A stretch of 42,776 nucleotides of DNA from a virus (taxonomy: Duplodnaviria; Caudoviricetes): positions 1 to 42,776 of the IMG/VR virus record IMGVR_UViG_3300048856_000113. The stretch is one strand, 5' to 3'. Made by a program: the position numbers and the translations under genes. Below, piece by piece: positions 8,631 through 21,381 of the stretch. Every line of letters begins with the position of its first letter. Position 1 is the stretch's first letter. The notes beneath the pieces are model-generated. The model was not told where the DNA came from. It saw nothing but the letters and a program-made list of their open reading frames with translations, and searched no databases.

Positions 8631-8756
8631 TGATCCTTGGGTAGGCCACAGAACGTCCACAGCACCCTGCGGTCAGGGGCTTCCAGCGCGTTCTCGATGT
8701 TGGATGGGGGATTGGGCCGGGAGGAACGAACGCCTCTCTACGGCCCTGTGCGAAGG

Positions 8757-9029
8757 CTAGTGGTAATGCTCTTCTTCGTGTTCCTCACCGCCGAACGGGA
8801 GGGACTGAGCAAGCTTGTCGACAGCGGAGTTCGTGGTGCCCGGCTGGAGAACCGTGCCCGTGTCCTTAAGGAACTGTCGAACGACATTGAGGGTCGCAGC
8901 GTCGGGAGTGACGCGGACGATGTCGCCGCTGTCCTTGTCAACTACAGCCTTGCCCTGATCTAGGGTTTCAGCCAGCAGCTCAGCGAATTTGTCGAAGAGG
9001 CCGTCCATTGCGGACTTGTCGGTCTTCAT
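8757..9029 (-). CDS. terS: Terminase small subunit (T7 gp18-like)
   Basis: AATLNVVRQFLKD and LPF motifs; directly upstream of terL. Confidence 0.85.
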   Translation of the reverse strand: MKTDKSAMDGLFDKFAELLAETLDQGKAVVDKDSGDIVRVTPDAATLNVVRQFLKDTGTVLQPGTTNSAVDKLAQSLPFGGEEHEEEHYH

Positions 9030-9208
9030 GCCTTGGGCCTCTCCTTGAAGAAGGTGTCGTAGACCTTGGACATGATCTGGACGATGAGCCAGACGAGACC
9101 AACGATCGGTGCGAGGGTGGCAGCAGCTTCGGAGACAGTCTGTAGCGAGGGCAGCCAGAACGGCGATGCTACAGCTCCAGCAGCAACTGCCGTGGTGGTG
9201 TGTTCCAC
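9026..9208 (-). CDS. Small membrane protein, holin-like (T7 gp17.5 position)
   Basis: 60 aa, hydrophobic segments and a basic C-terminus; GTG start after AGGA; stop overlaps the terS start. Confidence 0.55.
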   Translation of the reverse strand: MEHTTTAVAAGAVASPFWLPSLQTVSEAAATLAPIVGLVWLIVQIMSKVYDTFFKERPKA

Positions 9209-9269
9209 AAACTTGGTTCCTGTGTGAGATAATTGGGTAAGCCCCGGGCCGAAGCCCGAGGTGGATGGG

Positions 9270-9730
9270 TTAGAGGGCACTTGCCCATTTCCAGAGATCA
9301 TCGACATGCTCCGGGGGAAGGCCGAACGTCTCAGCGACATCGACCAGCAATGGATTGAGACGCTCGTATTCGGAGGCGTACTTCCACTCGATCAGGTCCA
9401 GAGGATCGCTGAGCGTAGCGGAGACATCATCCTCCATGATCCCGATAGAGGCCAATGCCAGCAGAAGCTGACGCCGCGTAAGCATCGGCAGCCTCCAGCG
9501 GACCTCGTCTGGGGTCTTCGGGACGTAAGGCGTCACTGGTTTGCCAGCGTTCAGCCAGTCGGTGATTGCCGCCCGAACCTCCACAGCAATGCCGTGGGTG
9601 TCCGAGGGAGTGGAGGAATAGAGGACCGTCTCGGTCTCTGTTTCCCCCTCAAGGATCATCTCGATGGTGGCAAGGAAATGATCCGGGTTGGCCTCTGCCG
9701 CGAGAGCGGTCAGGGCGATGAGTTCAGTCA

Positions 9731-9731
<1 letters not shown>
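9270..9731 (-). CDS. Tail-fibre-associated protein / assembly chaperone
   Basis: Follows the tail fibre with a TAATG overlap; C-terminal 'LTRRQ..L...EW.YA..Y.R..P...VDDLW.WA' pattern. Confidence 0.6.
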
Positions 9732-11710
<1,979 letters not shown>

Positions 11711-14700
11711 TTAGTTGCGTTCCCGAGGTGCGTACTCAGGAAGGTCGGAGATCATGCCGTTGAGGAGCATCATGATCGGGACCGAGTTGCCGAACGGAGT
11801 GATCCGCTGGAGCTGTCGAGCTTCCTCCTGAGACCATTCGCGATCTTCGAAGAGCCCAGCCAGCGACCGGGTAGCAGCCACCACGTCATCGACGCCGCCC
11901 GTTGTCGGGTTGCCGAAGAGCATGTTGGAAGCCTGTCCGGTGGTTCGGGTGTGCGAGAACACTGCGTCCTGACCAGCGGCATAGAAGCCGGTGTCCACGA
12001 GCATGGGGACTACAGACGAGACGCCAGAACGAGCAAAGGCTGCGGTGCCAATGCTTGTCCACGAGAGGCGCTTGTCCTCCCATTCCTGACGATCAGAACG
12101 GCCAATGCCTTGGATCTTGGTCTGCGCCACGTAAGCGGCACCGCCCATAGCCATGGTTCCCAGAGCTGATCCGATAGCAGCACCGTCGCGGAAGTGGAGA
12201 GCTTTCAGCGTCTGCTTGGTGTAGGCGCCGACCATGAAGGTTCGGAACTGCATGAGCATCTTGGCAGCCGGGTGGCTCATCCAAGGGATCATGTTGCCGA
12301 TGTCGTTGCGCTGGATGATCTGGCGAGACATGCGGTCGGCTGCAGCGAGGAACGCTTCACGCGCTTCTTTGTCAGCCCAGTTGCCGAAGTGTGCCCGGGT
12401 TACCTTGCGCCCAGTGATGACGCCCTTGGCATACTCCATGTTGCCCGGTTCATTGAGCATCTTGAAGACCCGGTCGGTCATCGCTTCGTCGAGGCCCAGA
12501 TCGGCCAGACGTGCCTTCGACATGCCCTTGCCGGAAGCTGCCATGTTGGCGAACTTCTGGACGATGGACGCAGAGGTCCAGCGTTCGAGCATGATGTTGG
12601 CCTGACGCATCCCTGAGATTTCAGAGGTGACGTTGTTCACTCGGTTCAGGGCACCGTCCACCCGCTCCCGCCAACGGCCAGCATTGACTTCCGCCAAGCC
12701 AGTCGTCTCGTCGAGCTGGTAGTTGTTCCGGTGAAGGAGCCTTTCGGTGCCAGTCCCAAGCCAGACTTCGAGATCGTCCGCGAGACCAGACTTGAGGATT
12801 GTCTCCCCGCTCTGGCTCATCATCCGTCTCACAGCCGGGACCTGAGAAGCCGCAGCCTTCACTCCGAGTGTACCTATTGTGGCCCCAATCTCAGAGAGCT
12901 GAGCGAAGCCGACTTGGTTCATGATGCGGGTGAAGTTGACCTTGCGAATTGCCCTCGACCACCAACCAAAGTCAGTGTTCTCGGCTGCATTCACGGGTCG
13001 GCCACGGATCGAGCTGTAGGCCATGTCGAGGTTGGCGATGTCCTTGTCGACCTGCTCCCTCGTCATCTTCCCCTCCCCGATCAGCTCAGCGCCACGGCGA
13101 CGGACGAGCTGCTTGTAATGCTCGAAGTCACCATCGCTCTTGAAGCCATTGACCAGCAGTTCGCCAGTGCCCGGGTCCTTGAAGCGATAGCGGGAGAGCG
13201 CCACGATACCGGACATGTGTCGGGCGTAGGACAGGAAGTTCGACGAGGCATCCATGTTGATCAGGTCCTCGATCCCGAGGCCATCGTCATCCACGGTGCC
13301 ATCCTTCCGCGCCACCCTCGGCAGCCGGAAGCTCTCATCGAGCAGGAGCCTGTGCTTGGCCCGGGAGTCATCCCCAGCGTCGGAGGTCTTCTTGAACCTC
13401 TGCAGGACAGCGTCCGCATCGGCACGAGAGAGGCCACCGTCTTGCGTCAGGACCTCCATGAGGGTCTCAACGTCTTCGCTGCCCATTGCTCGTACAGCGG
13501 CATCGTCGAGGCCATGAGCCCGGTTCGTGATGGCTCGGGTGAAACCCTTGGCCAGACGCCCGATCAGTTCCTCTTCCATGTCGGCCTGAGCCTTGCGGAT
13601 GGCACCAGCGATGAGCTGCTCCATGGTCCCGTCGACGTAGTCCTTGGTCGCCTCGACGATCCGGTTCGCATCCCATTGGCGCATCATGTAATGCTGGTTG
13701 CGTTCCCACCGTTCGAAACCCTTGACGCTGTCACCGACCATGCCCTCGCGGACGAAGGGGTTGTTCGCCATTTCACCGACCTCGGCATAGAGCGCGGCCT
13801 GACGGTTGCCCATCTTGACCACAGCCGGGTCGTAGAAGTCCGAACGGCCCGGGCGTCGATCCCTGATGTAGCTGGAGACCTGCCGGTTGAAGTCGGCCTC
13901 GATCCTTGGACCATCCCTCCAGCCTCCCGTGTTCCGGGTGCGGAAGTCTTCCAGAGCCGGTCGATAGGTCCGCATGTAAGAGGTCGCCCAGCCCGTCCAG
14001 AAGCGCTGCTGCTCTTCCGAAGCTGCGATGGCGTTGACTGTCCCACCCTTCTTCCCGACGCCGTCATTAACCAGCCCTGCGCCCACGCGGGTCAGCGTGT
14101 TCGGAGACTTGTCCATCTGAGCGAACAGATCGACGCGGCCCTTGAGGAAGGCAGACTTCTCGATGTCGCTGTCCATGGTGAACTCCAGAGCCTCATCGTT
14201 GAGGAAGCTCTTGGGCATCGGAGCCCGGGCAGCACCAACGGAGCCGCTCATGCTGATCGCCGGCATTTCGCCATCGAGCTGCTGACGAGCTACCGTGGCG
14301 GTGCGCTGGAAGTTCACAGCCTCGGTCAGGGTGTGCGGGTTGCGCGTTAGAGCGCCGAGGACACCACCAACGCCGAAGCCGAAGACGGAGCCGTAGAGCA
14401 TGTCCGTGGCGTCCTTGTTCGGGTTGACCTGATAGGCCACTGCCTCAGTAGCGAGGCCACCGGCTGCGCCACCAATGCCGTGACCGAGGATGCGGTAGAG
14501 CCGCTCAGCTCGACGAGCCCCAACCAAAGCAGGACCAAGGGTGGATGCTGCAGCATCGACAGCGAGACCCGTTGGGTCCAGCATCGAGTTGAAGACCCGC
14601 AGGACAGTGCCCGTGGCCCCAGCATCGGACAGGCGACGGTTGCGCTCGGCGTCCGTCTTGATAGCGTCCAGCGTCTCCTTGTAGTTCTCCTCGGAATGGG

Positions 14701-15499
14701 CCTTGGACAGCCACGAGCCGTAGGTCTTGGGATCAGCGCCCAGCCCTGCCAGATCGTTCTCCATGCGGCTGGTGGTCAGGCTCCAGTTGCGGTCCGGTTC
14801 GGTCTCGGATTGCGGCCTGAACAGCCAAGCAGTCGTGCTTTCGGTGTACCATGCGTCCGACTGGAGCTGACCAAGGGTGTATTCCTCACGCTCTGCCGGG
14901 GGCACGTTGTTCGGGTTGCCCTCGACGAACGGGATGTTGCCGCCAGCCATCGGGTTGTTGCGGGGATCATAGGTCTGCTGAGCCTCGTCGATGTCCGTCA
15001 GGGACATGGAACCAAGCTCACGGCTTTCGACCTGGCTGTCGCCCATCGGCTGAGCCTGAGCCATCGCCACGGTGTCAGGACTGGAGCCATCACCAAGGAA
15101 GGCAGCAGCCTTGCGACGGTGCGGACCCATGCTCTCGACCTTCTGCCGAACCGTGGTCTTGCCGTCGACAGCGTTATATCGACCCGGGGCTCCCGCGTTG
15201 ACAATCGAGTACATGTCGAGGAGGCCCATCCCCGGCTTGAAGCCATTGTCGCGGAAGTAGCGACCCACAGACTTCACGGCCTCGGCCTCGGGCATCCCTT
15301 GGTAGTAGCCGTATTTCTTGCGCTGCGGCTCACCCATCTGGATCAAGCCAATGTGGCGACCCCACTTGGTAGTCGGGCCTTTCTGCCAGACGTTGAAGGT
15401 GCCACCCGTCTCGTAGGACATGATCGTGGCGAGATCGGTCGGGTCGGTCCCCAGCTCTGCTGCCTCTGCCTTGATGGCGTCTGCGAGGGCTTTGTTCAT
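11711..15499 (-). CDS. Internal virion protein (gp16-like) with N-terminal lysozyme/transglycosylase-like domain
   Basis: 1262 aa; N-terminal MSYETGG...GLIQ motif; synteny. Confidence 0.8.
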   Translation of the reverse strand: MNKALADAIKAEAAELGTDPTDLATIMSYETGGTFNVWQKGPTTKWGRHIGLIQMGEPQRKKYGYYQGMPEAEAVKSVGRYFRDNGFKPGMGLLDMYSIVNAGAPGRYNAVDGKTTVRQKVESMGPHRRKAAAFLGDGSSPDTVAMAQAQPMGDSQVESRELGSMSLTDIDEAQQTYDPRNNPMAGGNIPFVEGNPNNVPPAEREEYTLGQLQSDAWYTESTTAWLFRPQSETEPDRNWSLTTSRMENDLAGLGADPKTYGSWLSKAHSEENYKETLDAIKTDAERNRRLSDAGATGTVLRVFNSMLDPTGLAVDAAASTLGPALVGARRAERLYRILGHGIGGAAGGLATEAVAYQVNPNKDATDMLYGSVFGFGVGGVLGALTRNPHTLTEAVNFQRTATVARQQLDGEMPAISMSGSVGAARAPMPKSFLNDEALEFTMDSDIEKSAFLKGRVDLFAQMDKSPNTLTRVGAGLVNDGVGKKGGTVNAIAASEEQQRFWTGWATSYMRTYRPALEDFRTRNTGGWRDGPRIEADFNRQVSSYIRDRRPGRSDFYDPAVVKMGNRQAALYAEVGEMANNPFVREGMVGDSVKGFERWERNQHYMMRQWDANRIVEATKDYVDGTMEQLIAGAIRKAQADMEEELIGRLAKGFTRAITNRAHGLDDAAVRAMGSEDVETLMEVLTQDGGLSRADADAVLQRFKKTSDAGDDSRAKHRLLLDESFRLPRVARKDGTVDDDGLGIEDLINMDASSNFLSYARHMSGIVALSRYRFKDPGTGELLVNGFKSDGDFEHYKQLVRRRGAELIGEGKMTREQVDKDIANLDMAYSSIRGRPVNAAENTDFGWWSRAIRKVNFTRIMNQVGFAQLSEIGATIGTLGVKAAASQVPAVRRMMSQSGETILKSGLADDLEVWLGTGTERLLHRNNYQLDETTGLAEVNAGRWRERVDGALNRVNNVTSEISGMRQANIMLERWTSASIVQKFANMAASGKGMSKARLADLGLDEAMTDRVFKMLNEPGNMEYAKGVITGRKVTRAHFGNWADKEAREAFLAAADRMSRQIIQRNDIGNMIPWMSHPAAKMLMQFRTFMVGAYTKQTLKALHFRDGAAIGSALGTMAMGGAAYVAQTKIQGIGRSDRQEWEDKRLSWTSIGTAAFARSGVSSVVPMLVDTGFYAAGQDAVFSHTRTTGQASNMLFGNPTTGGVDDVVAATRSLAGLFEDREWSQEEARQLQRITPFGNSVPIMMLLNGMISDLPEYAPRERN
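12873..12892 (-). promoter_or_regulatory. Phage RNAP promoter internal to gp16 (phi17-like)
   Basis: GAGATTGGGGCCACAATAGG followed by TAC, as in the 6861 copy; rare codons (ACA ATA GGT ACA) at this spot. Confidence 0.65.
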
Positions 15500-15513
15500 G
15501 AGTTCTCCTAAAG

Positions 15514-15540
15514 AAAAAGGCCCCGGGGTGAACCGAGGCC
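15514..15540 (-). terminator. Intrinsic terminator between gp15-like and gp16-like genes
   Basis: GGCCTCGG-TTCAC-CCCGGGGCC hairpin followed by TTTTT on the minus strand. Confidence 0.7.
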
Positions 15541-15550
15541 TGTGAGGTGG

Positions 15551-17899
15551 TTAGTCGTTGAGGACTGTGTCCCCGATCTTGATGCTCGGGAGGATGCTCC
15601 CCCAGAACTTTCGTCGTTCAGCCGCAGCGGCGTCATGGTCGTCGCCCAGCTTCTTCATGCGTTCGCGGTAGGCCTTGAGATCGGCGCCACGGAGACGGCC
15701 CCAGTTCGAACCAGCGTCGAAGCCCTTGAGGACGGGACCACCGTCATCGTTGACGACCACAGCTCGCTTGTAGCGCTTGCCGGTCTTCTTCCAGATCGGT
15801 GCATCGTCCTTCTCGGTGTACTGGTAGTCGAACAGCTCCTTGGTCTTGGGATCGACCCAGCCCTTCGAGCCATCGGTATCGACCGCATAGACGAGACCCT
15901 TCTGCTGGACGGAGTTGTTGAAGTTGTCCTGACGGAGCTTGATCTTCGTCTCCTCCTGCGTCTTCCGGTTCCACATGCCTCGGATGTCCTTGAGCGTGAT
16001 CAGGGCGACCTCCTGCTTGTCGGTGTGCAGGGCCACGGCCACGTTCTCTCGGTCCACGATCTTGAAGCGGCCACCGGAGACATCGCCCCCGACAGGAACC
16101 ACGGTCAGATCCTCAGGCTCAAAGCCCGAGCGTTCGACCACCTTGGGATTGGCAGCGATGAACTGGGCCAGAGCCTCGTCCACGGCTTCGGGGAAGTTGT
16201 CAGGGACATCGAGCCCGTTGAGATCGAGCATGGTGCCGTTGTGAACGGTCATGTTCTCCTTCACCGCCTTGGATGCAGCCGTGACTGCCAGCTTGGGTTC
16301 GACCCCGCCGACGACGAACTTCTGAGCCAACTGCGTGACCTTGGTCTTGACCGTGGAGAAGTTGGTGGGATCGCTATCGCTGTCGAAACCGAACCAGTTC
16401 TTCCTCGTGGCGAGGTTGTTCAGCTCACTGTCGATCTCGCGCTGGTACTTGCCCACCTGTTCCCGACCGAAGGCATCCAGCGGGCGAGACGTGGTGATCG
16501 CGAACTCCAGAGCTGCATCGTCGGACAGGCCGAGGAAGTCGGTGCCTTGGATGAAGGCCTCGGCAAAGTCGCGGTCCTCTTCCTTGGTGTAGGCCGTGAT
16601 GCTGTTCTTGCTCTCCTGACGGAGCTTCCGATAGACATCGAGCTTGCCCATCAGGCGTTCCTTGCTCTCCGGGTCACCGAGGATCTCGGGAGAAGCCGAG
16701 TCCACCATGTTGCCCAGAGCCCGAGCGATGCCCGGGTGCTTGTGTCCCTGACGGCGGAAGTCCCGCAGCTCACGGAACATTTGCTCGGTCGGAGCCTCTC
16801 GCCGGGTCTTGGCGATCTGCGCGGAGCCACGGAGGTATTCGTCCTCGGCAGCCTTGAGCTGTTCATCCTTGGACACCGTGACCTCGCGACCACCTGAGGT
16901 CTTGAACGTGAAGTCTTCCACGCTCTCCATGCCACCGTTGCGGAAGAGGTCGGCGTTGCGGTTGGCCAACTCCTGTCGTGCCTCGGCTTCCGAGATCCGG
17001 TCCTTGGCCTTGGCAGCCGTGGCTCTGATCTGCTCGACCTGATCCGCCTTGTCGCGGTCCATGGCGAACGATCGCTCGATCCCATCGCGTCCCTTGCGGG
17101 TCCGGTTGATGAGGGCCAGAGCGTGATCCGGGTTGGTGTCGGCATAGCGACGGGCAAGGTTCAGGACCTCACCCTCCAGCGTCTCCTCGTTCACCCCCAG
17201 CGTCCCCTTGCTGCCCAAGACCGGGAGCTGGGAGAAGATCAGATCGGCAACTTTCTCAGGATCAGACCCGAGTTCAGCCTGTTGGTCGAACGTGGCACTG
17301 AGGTAGTCGTAGGCCGACTGGCCCTTCTGCTCGACGAACTGTTCGGACTTGCGGTCCACCGAGAACTTGACGGCCCAGTCACGGAGGCCGGTAGCGCTCC
17401 GCATGAAGTTCTGCCCGAAGTTCGGGTCGTCCTTGTAGGGGCTGTTCTCGATGTATTCGTTGATCTTGGAGGTGATGAAGGCGTCGGGATCACCCGCGTC
17501 CCAGTCGAACTCCTTGACCATCTGGTCCCGAAGCTCGGTGGCGAAGGTCCGACCACGGGTTGCCCCGGCTACGGAATGAGCTGCCTGTCGAGCGAACTTG
17601 TCCGCGAAGGCCGGGATCTTTCCCTCATCAACGAGCTGCTTGGTCTCGTCGTTGGTCAGCCCTTCCATCTTGCGCTCGGCTGCCCAGATCTGCCGCTGCC
17701 TTTCCTCTTCCGAGGGCTTCATGGTTGAGGCGTAGTCCCCGAGCGAACTGGAGAAGCCAGCCAGAGATTGAGCCAGAGAAGCCCAGCGGTTATCAGCCGA
17801 TGGTCGGGCCGGGGCCACGAACGTATCAGATTGAATTGGAGCTGGACGCAGAGCGCCATTGCCCTGCAGATCCTGCACTTGAACCCGGCCTTGTGCCAT
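15551..17899 (-). CDS. Internal virion protein (gp15-like)
   Basis: 782 aa; position between the gp14-like and gp16-like genes. Confidence 0.75.
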   Translation of the reverse strand: MAQGRVQVQDLQGNGALRPAPIQSDTFVAPARPSADNRWASLAQSLAGFSSSLGDYASTMKPSEEERQRQIWAAERKMEGLTNDETKQLVDEGKIPAFADKFARQAAHSVAGATRGRTFATELRDQMVKEFDWDAGDPDAFITSKINEYIENSPYKDDPNFGQNFMRSATGLRDWAVKFSVDRKSEQFVEQKGQSAYDYLSATFDQQAELGSDPEKVADLIFSQLPVLGSKGTLGVNEETLEGEVLNLARRYADTNPDHALALINRTRKGRDGIERSFAMDRDKADQVEQIRATAAKAKDRISEAEARQELANRNADLFRNGGMESVEDFTFKTSGGREVTVSKDEQLKAAEDEYLRGSAQIAKTRREAPTEQMFRELRDFRRQGHKHPGIARALGNMVDSASPEILGDPESKERLMGKLDVYRKLRQESKNSITAYTKEEDRDFAEAFIQGTDFLGLSDDAALEFAITTSRPLDAFGREQVGKYQREIDSELNNLATRKNWFGFDSDSDPTNFSTVKTKVTQLAQKFVVGGVEPKLAVTAASKAVKENMTVHNGTMLDLNGLDVPDNFPEAVDEALAQFIAANPKVVERSGFEPEDLTVVPVGGDVSGGRFKIVDRENVAVALHTDKQEVALITLKDIRGMWNRKTQEETKIKLRQDNFNNSVQQKGLVYAVDTDGSKGWVDPKTKELFDYQYTEKDDAPIWKKTGKRYKRAVVVNDDGGPVLKGFDAGSNWGRLRGADLKAYRERMKKLGDDHDAAAAERRKFWGSILPSIKIGDTVLND

Positions 17900-17900
17900 G

Positions 17901-18443
17901 TCAGTACCCCTGTTTCGTCATCCTGTTGTGAGTGGTGAAGCCGTCCAGAGCCGAGGACCCGATGCGGATCGCGGCGTCGAGGAACGACGGTGGTGTGCCT
18001 TGGTCTACGGAGTTGGTCCGACTTTCGGCCTGAGCCCGGGTCGCGTCCATTTCTCCGACAAGGTAGTTCTCCTGCATTTGCAGGTTGTTCGAGAGCGTCC
18101 GCTCGTAGCGGCCCTGCTGCCCGTAGTAGTCTGCGATCAGAGCATCGACGGAGAGACCGGCAACGCCAGCTTCACCCGCAGCGACAGCGGCTGTGGCCCT
18201 GCCCTTGGCTGCGTCGACATTCAGCTTCTGTGCCTCGTTGGAAGCCGCCGCCCGTTCTTGAAGGATGCGGTTCTGTGTTGAGGCATAAGTCTCGGTTGCG
18301 GCCTTGTTGGCTGCAGCCCTGTTGTTCTCGTAGATCTGCTGCTGCTGAGTGTACTGGGCCTGTTGACCCATGTAGCCCGTGACGGCACTGGCCGCTCCGA
18401 GCGCGAACTGAGCGACAGCCATACCCACGGCACCTACGCACAT
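17901..18443 (-). CDS. Internal virion protein (gp14-like)
   Basis: MC start, Ala/Gln-rich, AAGEAGVAGLSVD motif. Confidence 0.85.
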   Translation of the reverse strand: MCVGAVGMAVAQFALGAASAVTGYMGQQAQYTQQQQIYENNRAAANKAATETYASTQNRILQERAAASNEAQKLNVDAAKGRATAAVAAGEAGVAGLSVDALIADYYGQQGRYERTLSNNLQMQENYLVGEMDATRAQAESRTNSVDQGTPPSFLDAAIRIGSSALDGFTTHNRMTKQGY

Positions 18444-18907
18444 GTGTTGGTTCCCAGTTTTGCAAATTCGATGAATGGCCGACGCTCGGCACCAAACTCA
18501 GGAAGAACCCTGAGCATGGAGAACCCGAGCCATTTCAGCCACCTAATGTGGACCGTATTCCGAGCATCGACGTGGTTGCCGAGCAGCGGGTAGGTTTGGT
18601 GGATCTTGTCGAGCAGGACCGGCGTGTCCCTGAGGAGCTGCCGTCTGTGCTTGAGGATTTCGTCTGAGGTCACCATCCAGATGATCCCGAACTGTGGGTG
18701 CCCGAAGACCGTGTCGACCCCGAACAGGCCGATGCACTCACCGTTGGCTTCCAAGGCCCAGGTCGAGCCCGGGGTGGCCACGGAATGCGGAAGAATGAAC
18801 TCGGGCGTGATGCCGGTGTTTGCGATGCACTCGCGCCGGTCAGCTTCCCGAAGACGCGGAGCAAGGGCAACAGCGTCTGCCACCCTCGCCTCGCGAATGA
18901 TCACCAT
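18434..18907 (-). CDS. gp13-like protein (GNAT-like fold)
   Basis: N.V...N..HIRWLKWLGF motif; TAATG coupling to tail tube B. Confidence 0.8.
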   Translation of the reverse strand: MVIIREARVADAVALAPRLREADRRECIANTGITPEFILPHSVATPGSTWALEANGECIGLFGVDTVFGHPQFGIIWMVTSDEILKHRRQLLRDTPVLLDKIHQTYPLLGNHVDARNTVHIRWLKWLGFSMLRVLPEFGAERRPFIEFAKLGTNTCA

Positions 18908-21381
18908 TAAGTTCTCCTTGTTCGTTGCACGTATTCCCCGGTCCATTCCGCCGAGAGGACGGAGGACGGGAGGTAGCTGTCGTTGATGATGTCGATCTCG
19001 ACCCTGTTGTTCTGCGACAAGATCGGAACCGCGAAGGTCCCGTCCCTGAGCGTGGCAACATCGACCCGGTTCTCGGGATCACCCATGAGACGACCGTTGT
19101 GGATGTAGGTCCGTGGAGACCGACCCATTGGCGTGACATCGACCCTGATGAAGGTGGACTTCGAGAACTGGAGCATGAGCTTGATGAGCTGCAGCCGACC
19201 CTCGGACACGACTGCGGTTCCGCCGCTCTGGCTCTGCTGTCGGATGAAGATCGTCGAGAGCCGGTAACGCATGACGTAGTTGATGCCGAAGAAGAGGTTC
19301 TCCTTCCGCAGGTCCCCAGCCAAGGTCACGGTGTCGACGCCCTTGTCCAAGATCTGGACCTTGATTCCATGGTTCATGGTCGAACCTGAGGTGCGCCCAG
19401 CGGTCACGCAGACGTAGTCGTCCTCAGTCGGATCGAAGGTGACGGGCACCACGGTCTTGTTGTCGTAGGGATCGTAGGATCGGCCAGACTTGCTGGACAC
19501 GAGAACCCTGCGGTCGAGGCTGACAACGAAGTCCGCGTATTCGTCCACGGCCCCCGGCTGAACGTCCATCTTCTCGAAGAACACCTTGCCGCCTCGGTTG
19601 AGGACGAGGAGCAGAGTGCTGTCGATGAACTTGAAGTTCAGGATCTGGGTGACGCCGGGGAACTCCCACCGGGACCAGCTCGACTGGAGCTTGTCGTCGC
19701 CGTTCCAGTAATACTTGTAGACGTAGAGGGCAGCCTTATCCTTGGGGGAGTAGACGGCCAGCAGGTCTTCCTGAGGAGCCGCAGCCATGAGCGTGGGCTT
19801 TCCCGGGATGTACTGAGGAACGTGCGAGGTGACATCCTCGGCCTCGGCCTGAGCGTTGTCCGCATCCATCGTGTATTCGCGAACCATGGTGTAGAGGCCA
19901 CGGTCCATGGCGAAGAACAGCGACCGGCCACTGGACACCGGAGCAACCTGAGGTGCGCTCGGGTAAGCCGTGGATGGGCGGATGGACACCGTCTTCTGCG
20001 TGAGCAGCTCGTTACCCATCAGAATGAACTGACGGCGGTCGGAGAAGATCACGAGACGGTCGAACTGAGCCTCGGCATAGTGAAGGATCGCGACCTCGGC
20101 CCCTACCCCGGCAACGTCGATGGGATCGTCGTCGAGGAGCGTGGTGGCCGTAGCCCTCCAGAAGTCGAAGTACGAACCGGCCCGAGACATGATCACGGAC
20201 TCCCGGCTCAGGTAGCCGATGCGGTTCTTGAAGAAGAACACCTCGTTGATCTTCTGGCCGATGAAGCTCGGGACCGGACAGGTCTTGTCATCCCCGGCCT
20301 TCCTCTCGTCCCACGAAGCGGGTTTGAAGGTGAAGGTGCCGTTGCTCTCACGGACGAGAACATGAGGCATGGTGCTGGGGTCGAACGAGGTTTGGATCCC
20401 GGGCTGCGGGACCTCCTTCCAGACACCAGCCGGATTGTCGTCATCCTTGGTATCGAACCGGACGAAGTAGTTGTCGAAGTCATTGCCGGGAGTGCCGGTG
20501 ATCTCGACAGCCGCACCGTTGATGCACTGCTGCGGGAGCGACGAGAAGTCTTGGATCTCCCTCTGGATCAGCTTCGAGGCATTGCCGTTGTAGCCGTCAT
20601 CCAGCGCCGCCTTGAAGGTCGTGCCATCGTTCTTCTTGACGTAGATCACCCCGTTCAGGACCTTCACGTACCAACCGTTGTCCGAGTTGATGCCGCTGTC
20701 CTTGAGGTTCATGTCGGTGGACTTCCACGTCCAGTGACCGTTGCTCTCGCCGTTGACTGTCTTCTCCAGCTCGATGGTCTTGCCGGTGGCCAGACGCTGG
20801 GCGATGTAGCTCACGTCAACCGCAGGAGACTGGGCCGCGCTGTCCCCATCCGGGGTCCGGTATCGGGCGACCATCTTGCCATCAATGGTGATGCTGTAGG
20901 TTCGACCGTAGTTCCCGGCTTGGATGTTGAAGATCGCATCGCTGACGAAGTCGGTGGTCCGCTTCGAGCCCATGGCTGTGACCTTGGTCTGGTTCACGAT
21001 GAACGTGTAGTCGGCCACGGTACAGGCTCGGTATGGAGCCACGGTCGTCGAGGAATGGCTCAGGTAGCCCCAGCCGTTCGGCGCGTTGACCGTCTTCTCT
21101 GTGCCGTCGATGTCGAAGATCCTGATCCCGTTCTTGGTGGCGAAGACCCAGTATTCCTCGGTCGTGTCGCGCTGGATCAGGTGGCTGAACAGGGGCGTTC
21201 CGGTGATGATGTCGTCGCCCAGAGCCGCGACCAGTTCGGTAGGTGGACGCTTCTTGTTCCCTTCGATGATCGTGGAGTAAGCGTTGACCTGGAGTTCGCC
21301 TTGGGTGGCGAGGCGAAGGGCCATAGCCTGTTGGCTGACACCATTCGCGAAGTTGGGGATGGACCCGCTGATACGAGCCAT
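18907..21381 (-). CDS. Tail tubular protein B (gp12-like)
   Basis: GVSQQ N-terminus, ADYTFIVN, TMPHVLVR, FFKNRI, DDDPID, QSSWSRW. Confidence 0.95.
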   Translation of the reverse strand: MARISGSIPNFANGVSQQAMALRLATQGELQVNAYSTIIEGNKKRPPTELVAALGDDIITGTPLFSHLIQRDTTEEYWVFATKNGIRIFDIDGTEKTVNAPNGWGYLSHSSTTVAPYRACTVADYTFIVNQTKVTAMGSKRTTDFVSDAIFNIQAGNYGRTYSITIDGKMVARYRTPDGDSAAQSPAVDVSYIAQRLATGKTIELEKTVNGESNGHWTWKSTDMNLKDSGINSDNGWYVKVLNGVIYVKKNDGTTFKAALDDGYNGNASKLIQREIQDFSSLPQQCINGAAVEITGTPGNDFDNYFVRFDTKDDDNPAGVWKEVPQPGIQTSFDPSTMPHVLVRESNGTFTFKPASWDERKAGDDKTCPVPSFIGQKINEVFFFKNRIGYLSRESVIMSRAGSYFDFWRATATTLLDDDPIDVAGVGAEVAILHYAEAQFDRLVIFSDRRQFILMGNELLTQKTVSIRPSTAYPSAPQVAPVSSGRSLFFAMDRGLYTMVREYTMDADNAQAEAEDVTSHVPQYIPGKPTLMAAAPQEDLLAVYSPKDKAALYVYKYYWNGDDKLQSSWSRWEFPGVTQILNFKFIDSTLLLVLNRGGKVFFEKMDVQPGAVDEYADFVVSLDRRVLVSSKSGRSYDPYDNKTVVPVTFDPTEDDYVCVTAGRTSGSTMNHGIKVQILDKGVDTVTLAGDLRKENLFFGINYVMRYRLSTIFIRQQSQSGGTAVVSEGRLQLIKLMLQFSKSTFIRVDVTPMGRSPRTYIHNGRLMGDPENRVDVATLRDGTFAVPILSQNNRVEIDIINDSYLPSSVLSAEWTGEYVQRTRRT